From Planctomycetota bacterium (GTDB lineage: Bacteria > Planctomycetota > UBA1135 > UBA2386): a DNA stretch of 64,000 nt. The stretch is taken from the NCBI GenBank assembly GCA_965223545.1, contig OZ245006.1, positions 6,528,001-6,592,000 of the forward strand, given 5' to 3'. The position numbers were made by a program, and so were the translations under genes. The notes beneath the pieces are model-generated. The model saw nothing but the letters and a program-made list of their open reading frames with translations. It ran no database searches and was not told the DNA's origin. Shown piece after piece: positions 49,150 to 59,813 of this stretch. Position 1 is the stretch's first letter, and every line of letters starts with the position of its first letter.

Positions 49150-49404
49150 CTACTTCCTGCCCTGCGCGTCGATCCAGGTCTGCGCGTCGCTAAACGCCTT
49201 GGCGGCAGCCAGGCACTCAAGCCCTCTGAACGACCGTCGAGTGTGCCACTCCCCCTGCGCGTCCTTGTAGGACGCGACAGGTTGTCCTGCCTCGTAGTAG
49301 GTTCGCCCGTCCTTGGCCGCTCTCGTCCAGATGGGCACCTCGATGTTCTGGACCTTGATGTGCGTAGCGGGTTGGGTCTTGTCTTCAGTTTCTGATTGCT
49401 CCAT
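49150..49404 (-). CDS. Small hypothetical protein resembling 48404-48649
   Basis: PIW...SYKD..GEW...SF...WI; GGGAGG RBS. Confidence 0.7.
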   Translation of the reverse strand: MEQSETEDKTQPATHIKVQNIEVPIWTRAAKDGRTYYEAGQPVASYKDAQGEWHTRRSFRGLECLAAAKAFSDAQTWIDAQGRK

Positions 49405-49555
49405 GGGGTCCTCCCTTTTCGCGACGATGCCACAGAACGATGGCGGAGGGCAAACGCACTGGTCCTCTGTTCCGCGGAGCGACCGCTGGGCCTTCCCCAG
49501 AGCCCGGAGGGAGTGACAGGAACAATGAGCGGGGTCTCGAGCGGAGCGAGAGTCG

Positions 49556-49903
49556 CTAGGCGCTTTGCTTCTCTAGCTCTTCAAGCTGGTGCTTGATGGC
49601 GACGTTCTCCTGTTCCCGGGTTTCGTTGGTCTTCACAAGCCCGTCGATGTGTGTTGCGAGTTCGTCGAACCGGTCGTCAAGGTGGCCGCGGAGCGCCTGA
49701 GTGTCCCCACGGTTTGCCTTGATGTGGGCCTCGAGGGCGGAGGCGCGGATGCTCACGCGGTTCACCTTCGAGTCGATCTCCTTGAGTTCGCCGCGCATCT
49801 GTCGCAGCTCGTCGCGTAGGCCACTGATGTCAGCCTGAACCGGCTGAAACGTCTTGTCGAAGAGCCCGGCCAGTTGCTTCATGTCGTCATCAGTTAGCGC
49901 CAT
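49556..49903 (-). CDS. Coiled-coil hypothetical protein
   Basis: Heptad pattern throughout. Confidence 0.6.
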   Translation of the reverse strand: MALTDDDMKQLAGLFDKTFQPVQADISGLRDELRQMRGELKEIDSKVNRVSIRASALEAHIKANRGDTQALRGHLDDRFDELATHIDGLVKTNETREQENVAIKHQLEELEKQSA

Positions 49904-50166
49904 GGCTCACCATCTCACGATCGAGGCGCCGGAGTCAATTCTGGCGGCCCCCAGACAACGCCTACTTGATCCGCGAAGCATGAGTCGGAGCTGCTCCCTC
50001 CGCCTCCGGTTCAAGAGCTCCAGGAGGCGGCCCCTGCGCACCGCCGCCGCCGGCATCGGCCCTGAACGAGGCGCTGGGCGCGACCGATGCCGACGGCGAC
50101 GGAGCTCCGGGGCCCAGAAGAATCTCTCGCGTGGGTTCACGCCAGATGAGCCCTACCCCTCAACAA

Positions 50167-51501
50167 CTACCCACTAAGGCGTCGCCGGTCGATAGTGCCG
50201 ACGAAGTCAGCAAGAGTCTCGCACTGGTCGACGTGCTCGAGCGCGCGCACGAGGCCCAACCAAGCGTGCCTCGAGAAATGGTCTAATTCCTCCGTGACAT
50301 CGAATGCGGTGGCATGATGCACAAACTTGGACCGCACACCGTAGACGTCTCGAACCAAGCGCACGACGGCGATTCGACGGTCGACATCGTCCTCCACCAT
50401 CATCGCGAGCCGCTCGCCAACATTCTGTTGGATTGGCTCGTGCGGATTGACCAGGTAGAGCCCCTCGAGGGCCGCCAAGACCAACACCAAGCGAGTCTGA
50501 ACACTCACCTCCAGTGAGGCTTCTGAGTGCAGCCGGAAGGAGGTCAGCACTCGTTCTTGGAATTCCGTTGTCGGCTCCGGCTGGCGCAGCAAGAGCGAGA
50601 GTCGCTCTAGTCCGATTCGGCGATACTCGTCGAGCTCATGATCCGACAAGTTCCACGGGGGGGCGCGCTCCATGTCGATCGCACCCCGTTGTTCTCCACC
50701 GAACTTGCCATCTTGTTCGAACACGGCTCTGAACGTTTCCTTTCGTTCCCGTCCGGCAGGAACGCACGTGCTTCGAAGGTAGGGGGTCCGTGAAGCTGGC
50801 GAGAAAAAGCGCAGCATCGCAAGCGCATCGTCGACTCGTTCAAGTGCAACAACGCGGGCCTGTTGCTTTTCGGCCTCTACGACGATCGAGGCGATGGCTC
50901 GCCCCTGATGCCGTTTGGCTACGTCCTCAAAGTAAGCATCTACTGAAGGACGCTCTTCTGGCGCGAGCTTGGAGTAGCCCTCCGACTTGTGCCACGCGGC
51001 AATCCGCTCTGCGGTGAGCTCTTCGAACGTTACGTCGCCGACGTCGAAGCTACTCTGGATGCGGAGTTCGTAGACCGGAATCACGACTGTCCTGACTTCG
51101 ATGAGCTCCTGCGCCTTCCGCACGCAGTAGTCGCTGAGGCTGGTTCCGGGTTCGTCACTGAACAGCCACTCGAAAGCCACGCTCTGGAGCGAGTTGTGAC
51201 TTACCGCATTCCGTGGTCGAAGCGCTCGGTGAACGCCATCGACGACCTGGAAGAATGCTCTGGCATCAGCACCCAGCAACCCTCTGCTCGTGCTGCCGTC
51301 GTCTTGGACGATGTGATGCGGCTCATTCCTCGAGTGCAGCATCATCGGGCCTTGGAGGTCTGAGGCTCGGATGGATCGTGTGGGTAGGCTTGGAGCCCAC
51401 TCCGGACCTGCCCCGGCCTGCCGCATCACTGCCTGGACAGCAGCCCGGCCCTGCTCGCCTCGCTCATCGAAGCTGGCTTTGGCGCGTTCGTCGATCTCCA
51501 T
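50167..51501 (-). CDS. ApeA-like HEPN domain protein
   Basis: ALEGL, ERLA, YGVRSKFVH (R-X4-H). Confidence 0.8.
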   Translation of the reverse strand: MEIDERAKASFDERGEQGRAAVQAVMRQAGAGPEWAPSLPTRSIRASDLQGPMMLHSRNEPHHIVQDDGSTSRGLLGADARAFFQVVDGVHRALRPRNAVSHNSLQSVAFEWLFSDEPGTSLSDYCVRKAQELIEVRTVVIPVYELRIQSSFDVGDVTFEELTAERIAAWHKSEGYSKLAPEERPSVDAYFEDVAKRHQGRAIASIVVEAEKQQARVVALERVDDALAMLRFFSPASRTPYLRSTCVPAGRERKETFRAVFEQDGKFGGEQRGAIDMERAPPWNLSDHELDEYRRIGLERLSLLLRQPEPTTEFQERVLTSFRLHSEASLEVSVQTRLVLVLAALEGLYLVNPHEPIQQNVGERLAMMVEDDVDRRIAVVRLVRDVYGVRSKFVHHATAFDVTEELDHFSRHAWLGLVRALEHVDQCETLADFVGTIDRRRLSG

Positions 51502-51701
51502 TCGTGCTACCCGATAGGTGAGTTGTTGAGCGTGGCTTCGATGACGAAGCGCCTGCTGGGGCTCGAGATGACCTTGGCCCACTCTCGCCCTTTCTGGACT
51601 GACGCGATGATTCTTGTAGCCAAATGACCAGCCAGGGTGGAGGGCGAAGTTGCCGGACGCGTCAAGGTCATGGTCGACTCTGCTAGCATGGCGAGACGCG
51701 A

Positions 51702-51956
51702 ATGGACGCTGACGTCGAGCGAGTGCTAGAGCGCCTCCCTTCCCGCCCCGTGTGGGTCGAGCGCGGGTCGTGTGTCATGTGCGATAGCCGCATCTCGAAC
51801 GAGTGGTGCACGGCGGACGCGGACGGCAGTTGCTGTATCGAGCTTCGCCACTTCAGAAGAAGCGACGGTTGCGACAACGAGCATGCGCTGACCGACCCCG
51901 AGTTCGACCTACTCGTGGCTGCGCTGGAGCGGCAGCGAATGGCTCAACCAAGCTGA
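51702..51956 (+). CDS. Small hypothetical protein
   Basis: 84-aa ORF in an intergenic gap, Cys-rich; weak support. Confidence 0.3.
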   Translation: MDADVERVLERLPSRPVWVERGSCVMCDSRISNEWCTADADGSCCIELRHFRRSDGCDNEHALTDPEFDLLVAALERQRMAQPS

Positions 51957-53497
51957 AGCGCGGGTTCGCCCTCTTCCGGCACAAGCTCGAGCTCGAGGCC
52001 AAGATCCATCCCGAGTCGCTCCACGTCAGCTTCGCACCACGGCTCTAGGTGTTGCTCAAGGCGTCCCCGGGGGACGAACTCTCGCGTCTCAGCGGTTCCG
52101 CTGTGCCGGGGAGTTGCGACGAACTCCGCGAGCGGCGCTGTGTCCCGGAACGGCGCAGATGCGAACGGAGTCAGGTAGTAGCCGGTGAGGCCGTTTCGCG
52201 CGTCGGTTGGCGGGATGCTCATGAACTCGCTCGGCATGACGACATCGGCCTTGACGCGCTGCTCGCTCCTCGTGCGCTGGCCGCGTCGAAGTGGGCCGGC
52301 GCCGTTCACGCTCTCCCGAAGCTCGATCCTCTCATGCTCCCCGAAGAGGCTTGATGCCCACTTCGCAGTCGACGGGCTCTCAAGGCGCAGTATCGCCTTG
52401 TGGGAGCACATCGCCATGAGTTCCTCGGCAACGTAGTTCCCATAGACCTGCTTCATGCCGTCGTTGTCCTGGTAGCCGAGCACCGCGCAGCCACCTTTGG
52501 AGCGAGCCTTGGTGAGGAACGCCGGCAAGGCATCCAGTTCAGCAGCGTCGCGGACCTCATCGAGGAAGAGCCAGGTCCTGCGCTCAGCCGATTCTTGCTG
52601 CGCAAGGACGAGCTGCGTGATCCGTCGGAGCATCAGGCGATTTAGCACATCAAGTGATGCGCGAGCCATCTCGTTGTTGCCCAGCACGAGCACGTAGTCC
52701 GAGGTCGACCACTCGGTGAGGCTCACCTTCTCCGGTGCGTGTTCCCAGAGCGCAGCGACAACTTCGAGGCTTGCGAGGTTCGCCCGAATCGTCCCGATGA
52801 CTCCGGCGCCTTGACGCTCCGAACGACCAAGGTGCGTGTCGAATCGTTCCCTCCCCTGCGAGCTTGTGTAGAGGAGCCTCTTCAGTCGTTCCCAGGAGCG
52901 GGTTGCAAGGACCACGTCCCGAAGGGTCCAGTTCTCGCCGCAGTGGTCACATAGCGACATGACAAGGCCCCAGAGAACGTCGCGCGCGGCCGGAATGAAG
53001 TAACCGCCTTCCTTCTGCTCTTTGGCGATGAGGTCGAAGGCGAGCTGAAGAGCGAGTGCTGGCGAGTTGACGTCCTTTGCCACGTCCCAGGCTGCACCGT
53101 TCCCATCGAAAGGGTCGAGCGTTCGAACGGGGCAGCGCAGGTCCAGGCTCTGAAGGAACGGCAGGACGTCTTGCTTTGGGTCGTAGACGACCGCCCGCTG
53201 GTCGGGTTCCACGCCGATTCGAGGCAGCACGTCCGCCATGAGGCGGTGGATGGTGAGCGTCTTCCCAGATCCTGTCGTGCCGATTACGAGAAAGTGCTGG
53301 TTCTCAGCGCGCCGTAGCAGAGTCTCGCTTCCCCAGCGGACACCACGAGGTTCTCCGGTGCCGTGATGTCTCCTTCCCTTCGGGTTCACATCGAGCTTTC
53401 GCCCGCGAAGGTGACGGTCCTTTGGTGATCGGAGCGAAAGGGCGAGCGCGAAAGCGATCGCAGCGCCTGCGATCAGGAGGCGAGCCCAGAGCGTCAT
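51944..53497 (-). CDS. TraD/TrwB-like type IV coupling protein
   Basis: N-terminal TM, HFLVIGTTGSGKT, YDPK, FLDEV, RSKG..LGYQ. Confidence 0.9.
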   Translation of the reverse strand: MTLWARLLIAGAAIAFALALSLRSPKDRHLRGRKLDVNPKGRRHHGTGEPRGVRWGSETLLRRAENQHFLVIGTTGSGKTLTIHRLMADVLPRIGVEPDQRAVVYDPKQDVLPFLQSLDLRCPVRTLDPFDGNGAAWDVAKDVNSPALALQLAFDLIAKEQKEGGYFIPAARDVLWGLVMSLCDHCGENWTLRDVVLATRSWERLKRLLYTSSQGRERFDTHLGRSERQGAGVIGTIRANLASLEVVAALWEHAPEKVSLTEWSTSDYVLVLGNNEMARASLDVLNRLMLRRITQLVLAQQESAERRTWLFLDEVRDAAELDALPAFLTKARSKGGCAVLGYQDNDGMKQVYGNYVAEELMAMCSHKAILRLESPSTAKWASSLFGEHERIELRESVNGAGPLRRGQRTRSEQRVKADVVMPSEFMSIPPTDARNGLTGYYLTPFASAPFRDTAPLAEFVATPRHSGTAETREFVPRGRLEQHLEPWCEADVERLGMDLGLELELVPEEGEPALQLG

Positions 53498-55920
53498 GCA
53501 ACCTCCAGCAAGAGCTCGGGCACGTTCGCTTCCATGGCATCAAGCGCCATCTCTTGCTGTCGGGAACGCTGCATGAGGCGAACTACGTCCGCCATGCCTT
53601 CCTCCGCAGACTCAATATCGACGTAGAGCCGGGTTTCCTCACGGGCTCTTGATGCTTGCACGTAGGTCGACTCCCGGTCGGTCATGACCCCGCCGCAAAG
53701 CACAAGGCAGCGCTCGACGCTGGCGCCCTGTGCCGAGTGGGTTGTTGAGGCGTAGCCGAGTTCAACGTGGTCGTAGTCGGCAAGGTCGACCGTCACTCGC
53801 GTGCCGGAGTCGAGCTTGGCCGTGAGGGTGCGTGCCGCTCTGTCGACTCTGGTCACCGTTGCTCGGTCGCCGTTGTTGAAGAGCCCGGTGTTCCGCCGAA
53901 AGATGATTCGGTCTCCAACGTGCGCCTCTCCGCTGCGCAGCGCTACGCACTCGGGGCTGAGAAGCCCGGACGCGAATTTTGCCTGCTGGATCATCCGGTT
54001 CACCATGGTGGATTCGGCGCGCGTTCCAGTGAGAACGAGAGTCTCGGAGAGACCGCCGCTTGCGGCAGCGCGTTGCCAGTCGGAGACGAGCCGCTGCAGG
54101 ACTTCCTTTCGCGTTTCGGCCACGGTGAGGAGACCGCGCCGGTCGAACTCTTCGAGCGCAGCAGCGGCCTTTCCGTGCGCGAAATCGTGAACCGAGCGCT
54201 TTGCCCAGTCTTGTCGCTGTCGCCGGATCTCTTCCAGCACCGCAGCGCCATGTCGCTCTGAAAGGGCCGCGAATGGAGACCCGGCGTCGATCGCCTGGAG
54301 TTGCTTCCTGTCGCCAACGAGGACGAGCTTCGCGCCCGTCTTTCTCGCCACCGCGATGATCTCGGCAGTCTTTCGTGTCCCAAGCATCCCCGCTTCATCC
54401 ACAACGAGCACCGACTTCGAGTCGAGCCGAAGTTCGCCTCGACGGATGAGGGCGAGTGTTCGATGAAGCGTGCGGCTCTCGATGCCTGAGTCTTCCTGCA
54501 GCCGGCTTGCCGCAGCGGCGGCAAGTGCAGCTCCGTGCACTCGGTAGCCAGCGTCTCCCCAAGCTTCAGCAGCGGCACGCAGCATGAAGGTCTTTCCGGT
54601 GCCGGCCATGCCCTGAACAAGCCGGAGTGCGCCGCCCGAGGTGACATGCTCGAGCGCTGTGCGCTGTTCTCGGCTTAGCGTTGACCGTCGTTGGAGGACG
54701 TCTCGGAGATCGCCGTCCCGGACATCGCGCATTCGGTGCGCGAGCTCGGAGGCGTCACGAAACAGCTGCTGCTCAACTCGGAGGAGATCACGCGTTGTGA
54801 ACTTCGGTTCTTCGCGGCGCTTCCCAAGCGCCACGAGCTCGGGTGACTGCCGCAAGACCTCCGCCACGCCCTGGCAGATCGCATCGACGCCAACGCCGTG
54901 AGACTCGACAGCATCTGCAACCGCTCGAATGAGGTCCTTCTCCCCGAAGAGGCTCTTTCGCTCGGTGAGCTTCTGCGCAGCCGGAAGAACTGCGTCACGG
55001 ACGGCGCGGCGCGGATCCGGGTGGGCCGCGGCGCCAAAGAGATCCGCTGTGATGTTGAACCCGTGCGCTTTCCCTACTTCGCGCCAGTGAGCGCGGAGCT
55101 TCTCGACATCGACCTCGGTCTTGCCAGATCGAGTTTCGAGGACCGCCTTCTGGGCGCCCTTGGCACCAGAAAGCCCCTTCTCCTGCATGTAGGTTTGGAT
55201 GGCCTTCGTGCGCTTCGAGAAGACGTCGCAAAGCTCCTTCGGGACGCCGTCGATCTCGCACCACTTCTCGCGCCTGCTAACGCCCAGGCCAAGCTCAGCC
55301 CGAAGCTGGCAGAAGAGTTCCGCGCGGTAGAGCACCCCGGCAGTCATGGCGTGCTGGTAGAGCTTCGTTCCGTGGATCGTGCCGCCACCAGGGTTCAGAT
55401 TCTGGACAAGGCAGTGGGTATGGATGTGGGGATCGGGCACGGCACCTGGGTTCTCAGGGCGTGCGCTGGAATGGTCGAAGACGGCCGCCACGAGCTTCGC
55501 CTTCTCGAGGCGCTCGCCGCCGGCGCCACGCCGGGTGAAGAGCGCGACGTCCTCGACGTAGCCAAGTGCTGCTCGCACAGCCTTCCGGTGAGCCGCCTGG
55601 ATCGCGTCGCGGAGGTCCTTGTCCGCCTGAGACCAGAGCACGGAGACAGATTTCGGAGCGCCGAAGGTGAGGTCGAAGCCTGCGCGTCTGTCAGCGCCGG
55701 CCCCGGCGTTCTTCACCATCGCGGTGCGGCCGTCGGGGGTGAATCCTCGGAGGAGGTTCGCGAGCGTCTCCTGGTCGACCTCTCCGCGGAGGCCGAGGTC
55801 AGCACTCCCCTTCCCGAACCACTGTCCGGCCGGTTCACCGGATTCGGTGTAGTAGCTGCCGCTTGCAAGGTCCGTGTAGTAGCTCTCCTGACCGGCTGAT
55901 ATGCGCCCAATGCACAGCAC
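53494..55920 (-). CDS. MobF (TrwC-like) relaxase-helicase
   Basis: YY..YY, GFDLTFGAPKSVS, DPHIHTH, FSKR, GMAGTGKT, DEAGM, GDRKQL, YASTTHSAQG. Confidence 0.95.
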   Translation of the reverse strand: MLCIGRISAGQESYYTDLASGSYYTESGEPAGQWFGKGSADLGLRGEVDQETLANLLRGFTPDGRTAMVKNAGAGADRRAGFDLTFGAPKSVSVLWSQADKDLRDAIQAAHRKAVRAALGYVEDVALFTRRGAGGERLEKAKLVAAVFDHSSARPENPGAVPDPHIHTHCLVQNLNPGGGTIHGTKLYQHAMTAGVLYRAELFCQLRAELGLGVSRREKWCEIDGVPKELCDVFSKRTKAIQTYMQEKGLSGAKGAQKAVLETRSGKTEVDVEKLRAHWREVGKAHGFNITADLFGAAAHPDPRRAVRDAVLPAAQKLTERKSLFGEKDLIRAVADAVESHGVGVDAICQGVAEVLRQSPELVALGKRREEPKFTTRDLLRVEQQLFRDASELAHRMRDVRDGDLRDVLQRRSTLSREQRTALEHVTSGGALRLVQGMAGTGKTFMLRAAAEAWGDAGYRVHGAALAAAAASRLQEDSGIESRTLHRTLALIRRGELRLDSKSVLVVDEAGMLGTRKTAEIIAVARKTGAKLVLVGDRKQLQAIDAGSPFAALSERHGAAVLEEIRRQRQDWAKRSVHDFAHGKAAAALEEFDRRGLLTVAETRKEVLQRLVSDWQRAAASGGLSETLVLTGTRAESTMVNRMIQQAKFASGLLSPECVALRSGEAHVGDRIIFRRNTGLFNNGDRATVTRVDRAARTLTAKLDSGTRVTVDLADYDHVELGYASTTHSAQGASVERCLVLCGGVMTDRESTYVQASRAREETRLYVDIESAEEGMADVVRLMQRSRQQEMALDAMEANVPELLLEVA

Positions 55921-55923
55921 GCC

Positions 55924-56166
55924 TTAGCCGTGCCTGCCAGCGGCTCCCCTTTCGACTGCCTCGTTGAAGTCGCGTCGGAGTTCGCGTACTTCATCGGCCA
56001 GGTTCAGGGCCACAGAATTCTCAAAGAACATCACCAGCGCCATGCGCGCGAACTCGGATTCTCTCATGTTGAGTTCGGCGGCGCGGTGTTCAAGTAGAAG
56101 GCCATACTGCTTCGGCAAGCGAGTGCTGACCTTGTAGTCAAGTCGACTGAGCGATTTCATCTTCAC
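55924..56166 (-). CDS. Probable RHH relaxosome accessory protein (start uncertain)
   Basis: KVSTRL beta-strand followed by helices (SEFAR); directly upstream of the relaxase. Confidence 0.6.
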   Translation of the reverse strand: MKMKSLSRLDYKVSTRLPKQYGLLLEHRAAELNMRESEFARMALVMFFENSVALNLADEVRELRRDFNEAVERGAAGRHG

Positions 56167-56463
56167 GTTTCCACCGTCATCGTTTTCCCGTTGGTTCAAG
56201 TAACTTGAAGTAACGGAAACACCGTGTCACGGATCTCCGGACACGGCAAGAGGAAGTCGTGCAGGCACTCCTCAGCCAAGCAAGAGTGGAGACAGGTAGA
56301 CCCTTGCACTGAAGTTGCTGGCAGACTTGGCAGGCGCGGCCCGATAGCCCTGTCTCCTCGCGCGTCTACGTTGTCCGCAACCTTGCCGACAGCCGCGTTG
56401 CTTCTCCCGTGCCAGCGCGTTGGATTCTGAGGGGTTCCGGCGTCGGCAGGTGTTGTCTGCCCA

Positions 56464-57864
56464 TCAGCAAGATTGGGTAGCCGGCATCGTTGCGGCCCGC
56501 TTTCCCTCTCGGTCTTCCGCGACGTTGCCTGCGCCGTCTTGAAGCGATCGGGCAACGAGTCGCGCGATGTCTCGATCGCGTGGTCCGCGACCAGAAGACC
56601 CATGCTCCCGCAGAAGGCGCTCGTGCTCGGCATCCTGCTCCTCGCGTCCGAGCCGTAGCCGTTCACGCGCCGTTGCCTCTTCGTGCGCTTGAAGTCGCCT
56701 CCTCGCCCGGTCCTCATCCGCATGCGTGATGAAGTTCCACTTTGGCTCACCTCCCCACACTCCAAGCAGCTTCGCGAAGAGGCCGCCGCGGTTTCGCGTC
56801 CCGTAGGCTCGAGCGTGTTCCGCCAGGGCCACGAACTGAAGCAGGTCGGCCTTGGCGGCGGATGAGAGGCCTGATGCTACAGCAGACTCGTGCAGTTCGA
56901 GGAGTCGCCCCATTTGCTCCAGGTCTCGGGGATGAACGTGCTGAAGCCGCGGCCGGGAACGATCTCTGTTCCGATTCCGAACCCCAGCAGGTCTGCCCGA
57001 GGCGGGTTGCTGGTTCCTAGATCCCGGAACGGGTTGCCGGTCTGAATCAACGCCCCGCAAACCGCTTGTGGATACCGGTGAATCGCCCCGCGGCGTGGTG
57101 CGGCTTTCTACGTGGACCGCATCAAGATGATCGCCGTCCGTTCTTGCCGTCGGCGAATCTGGATCAAGCCATGCCAGGTTCCAGTGGAAGCACCCACCCC
57201 ATCTCCGTCGACGCCAAAGCTCCACTGATGAGGTGTCGCCGTCCCTGACGATGATGCCGAGCTTCACCATCCGTCCCCTCGCCCGCTCCGCGCTACTTGA
57301 GTCGACGCCGAAAGCGGTTGCTACCCAGCTCAGCTTGCATCGCCCCCGTGGATGAACCAGGTTCGACCGAACGTATAGCATTCGCATGGCGTGGGCCAAC
57401 GCCGTTGCGATGAGTGCTCTCGTGCCGGCGCCGGCGAGGAACCGCACGAACCTACGAGGCAGCGGCACTGCGCGAGCGCGGTTCACGAAGTGGCCCTTGA
57501 ACCACGCATCGAACTCATCCCGGGGGATGTTGAGCTCCCCAGGCGTTCGGGGCCAGGTGATGTGGTGATCCCCGGCGTTCGAAAGGCCGAGCCTTCGCAG
57601 CGAGTTGAGTTCGCGTCTGAGGTGCTCTCCGCCAGTTCCGCCGACGAGGCCCCGCAGCTCGTCGAGGGAGAACGTCGGTCGCCTCTTGGATCCGAGCCGA
57701 CATCGACGAGCTTCCATCTCCAGCAGTGCCAGCAGCACTCGCAGGCCTCGAAGGCTGAGTTTTCTCGTTCGATAGCACCACCATGCGGCTGCAAGTAGCC
57801 ACACCTTGGGTCGGACGTAGCCACCGTCGGGCCGTGGTCTTGGGTGTAGTTGATCGCTGTTCAT
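56464..57864 (-). CDS. Putative replication initiator / multi-HTH protein
   Basis: wHTH-like segments, Arg-rich, divergent from parA across a repeat array; GGAGGAG RBS. Confidence 0.55.
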   Translation of the reverse strand: MNSDQLHPRPRPDGGYVRPKVWLLAAAWWCYRTRKLSLRGLRVLLALLEMEARRCRLGSKRRPTFSLDELRGLVGGTGGEHLRRELNSLRRLGLSNAGDHHITWPRTPGELNIPRDEFDAWFKGHFVNRARAVPLPRRFVRFLAGAGTRALIATALAHAMRMLYVRSNLVHPRGRCKLSWVATAFGVDSSSAERARGRMVKLGIIVRDGDTSSVELWRRRRWGGCFHWNLAWLDPDSPTARTDGDHLDAVHVESRTTPRGDSPVSTSGLRGVDSDRQPVPGSRNQQPASGRPAGVRNRNRDRSRPRLQHVHPRDLEQMGRLLELHESAVASGLSSAAKADLLQFVALAEHARAYGTRNRGGLFAKLLGVWGGEPKWNFITHADEDRARRRLQAHEEATARERLRLGREEQDAEHERLLREHGSSGRGPRDRDIARLVARSLQDGAGNVAEDREGKRAATMPATQSC

Positions 57865-58208
57865 GCTCCTCCGTCCGGATGCAGAGGGGCGAAACCAGTT
57901 TCGGGGCAAGCGTCTCCTATCAACAAATGCCCTTGACCACTTTGGGCGAACCGCGCTACGGTGGCTCAAACGTCTGACGAGCCTCTCCGTGGGCATTGTC
58001 GTTATCGAGAGAACCGAGGCTGCCACCTCGGTTTTTTCGTTTCTGAAACGTTCGCTCTATCCGATAGGCCTCTCCCCAATAGTTGACTCGCGCGAAACGA
58101 ACAGTGCTGCCAATTCCGCGCTACTTTAGGTCAACTAAACCTGCTGTCGTATCAGTGCGCAAGATGCAAAAAGCGCAGTGAATGGAGGGGGTTGGTATTG
58201 AGGCGCAC

Positions 58209-58810
58209 GCGTCCCGGTATCCCGGGTAAGTGTTACCCGGGATACCGGGACGCGGGAGAGCGTGTTGTTGAGTTCGGTGTCCCGGGTATTGGATATGGTG
58301 CGTCCCGGGCAGCGATGTTTCGAATCCGCGAGCACGCTGTCCAAGTTCGTGACTACGTTGAGTTGACTCGCACCGAGATGCCGACTCCCCGAGGAGTCGT
58401 GTCCCGGGTAACCGATACCCGGTATCCCGGGACTTGCGAGTGTTCAGATCTGCGGTCGCACACGGCGTATCCCGGTATCCCGGGTGCGTGCCTCCCGGGA
58501 TACCGGGATACGTTTCCAGGGCCAAATGACGGCCGCCACTCTTGCTCTGCGGCTAGTTCGGTGGTTTCGCGGTTCCGGGGAGTATCTCAAATTGGCCTCC
58601 TGGCGAACGAGGTTGCGCCCTATGAGCGCGATTTGCCTTGGTCTGACAAAGAGGGCGAGCTCAGGCAATTTGAGGCATTACGGAGACCGCAGCAAATTGA
58701 TACCCGGGATACCGGGATACATGGCGAGGGCCGAGGTCAAGCGCCGAGGTCGGCGCTGGACAGGCGTGCTTTGTCTATTGACGAATGTCGCGATACCCGG
58801 TATCCCGGGA
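58209..58810. repeat. Array of CCCGGTATCCCGGG / CCCGGGATACCGGG repeats (parS/iteron-like)
   Basis: Copies near 58213, 58236, 58417, 58471, 58493, 58703, 58796 plus partial copies; inverted pairs 58209-58253 and 58468-58510. Confidence 0.85.
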
Positions 58811-58856
58811 GGTGCGCGTTGTCCTCTGGATCGCGCGCTACTGAAGGAGGGGCACC

Positions 58857-59813
58857 ATGCGGTTTGACCGAGCTCAAGTTATCGTCTTGTCCAATCAGAA
58901 AGGCGGATGCGGCAAGACGACCACGGCAGTGAATCTAAGTGCTGCGCTGTCGCTTCGCGGCTACAGAACGTGTCTCGTTGACATAGATGGCCAGTGCAAC
59001 GCGACGACGTCCTTTGGCATCGACCTTGACGATTTGCAGAGGCAGAAGCGGCCGAGCATTCTCGATGTCTACCTCAACAGGCGTCCCGCTGAGTCGATCG
59101 TCTTCCCTGTGGGCGGCGAGGAGCGATTCGGGGATGCGCTCTGCATCCTCCCGGGGCATCGCTCGCTTGGGGCGGTGCCGCACCGATTGGAGGCCGAGAT
59201 GCGGGCGGAGGCGATGGAAGAGGGGATGTCTTCCGAAGACGAAGATGAGATCCGAATGGACCATCGCACTCGCCTGCGCGCGTCTCTTGAGTCGCTCAAG
59301 GATGCTTTTGACATCATCATGATCGACACGCCGCCTGAGCTCGGCTTCTTGCTCAGCACCGCGCTTGGAGCGGCGGACTGGTTCATCATCCCGGTGTTTC
59401 CGTCGGCCTACGACATGGCGGGACTCGAGAGACTGATGGCGAACGTGACGAAGGTCAGGAAGCAGAGAAACCCGGAGCTGCGGCTTTTGGGTGTTCTGGT
59501 GGGGAACTTCGACAAGACGACTGTTCTCGACCAGGAGATCTATGACGCACTGAAAGCCAAGTTCAACGCGCATCTTTCGCCAACGACGATTCGAAGAGGT
59601 GTTCGGTTGCGCGAGGCTGCCGCCCACGGGTTGACGATCTTCGAACATGATCCGCAGGGCCCGATCGCGGCGGAGTTTGAAGAGGTGGCAGATCTCACGG
59701 TTCGTGGGATCCGAACTCAGATTGAAAGGCGCGCCGCAGGTGCCCAGATCGCAGAGCCACAGCCGCTTCGAGCTACGCGTCGAGGCAATGCGATGGAGGT
59801 AGCCAATGCCTAA
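58857..59813 (+). CDS. parA: ParA/Soj partition ATPase
   Basis: NQKGGCGKTTT, VDIDGQCNAT, IDTPP, REAAAHG. Confidence 0.95.
   Translation: MRFDRAQVIVLSNQKGGCGKTTTAVNLSAALSLRGYRTCLVDIDGQCNATTSFGIDLDDLQRQKRPSILDVYLNRRPAESIVFPVGGEERFGDALCILPGHRSLGAVPHRLEAEMRAEAMEEGMSSEDEDEIRMDHRTRLRASLESLKDAFDIIMIDTPPELGFLLSTALGAADWFIIPVFPSAYDMAGLERLMANVTKVRKQRNPELRLLGVLVGNFDKTTVLDQEIYDALKAKFNAHLSPTTIRRGVRLREAAAHGLTIFEHDPQGPIAAEFEEVADLTVRGIRTQIERRAAGAQIAEPQPLRATRRGNAMEVANA

Noticed and set aside
51702..51956. NAD-dependent DNA ligase fragment (LTDPEFDLL)
   Set aside because: Resemblance is limited to one short motif.
51944..56166. Self-transmissible conjugation system
   Set aside because: No VirB4 or pilus/mating-pair genes are visible in this window; only mobilisation functions are supported.
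58209..58810. CRISPR array
   Set aside because: Repeats are ~14 bp, irregularly spaced and in both orientations; no cas genes are present.
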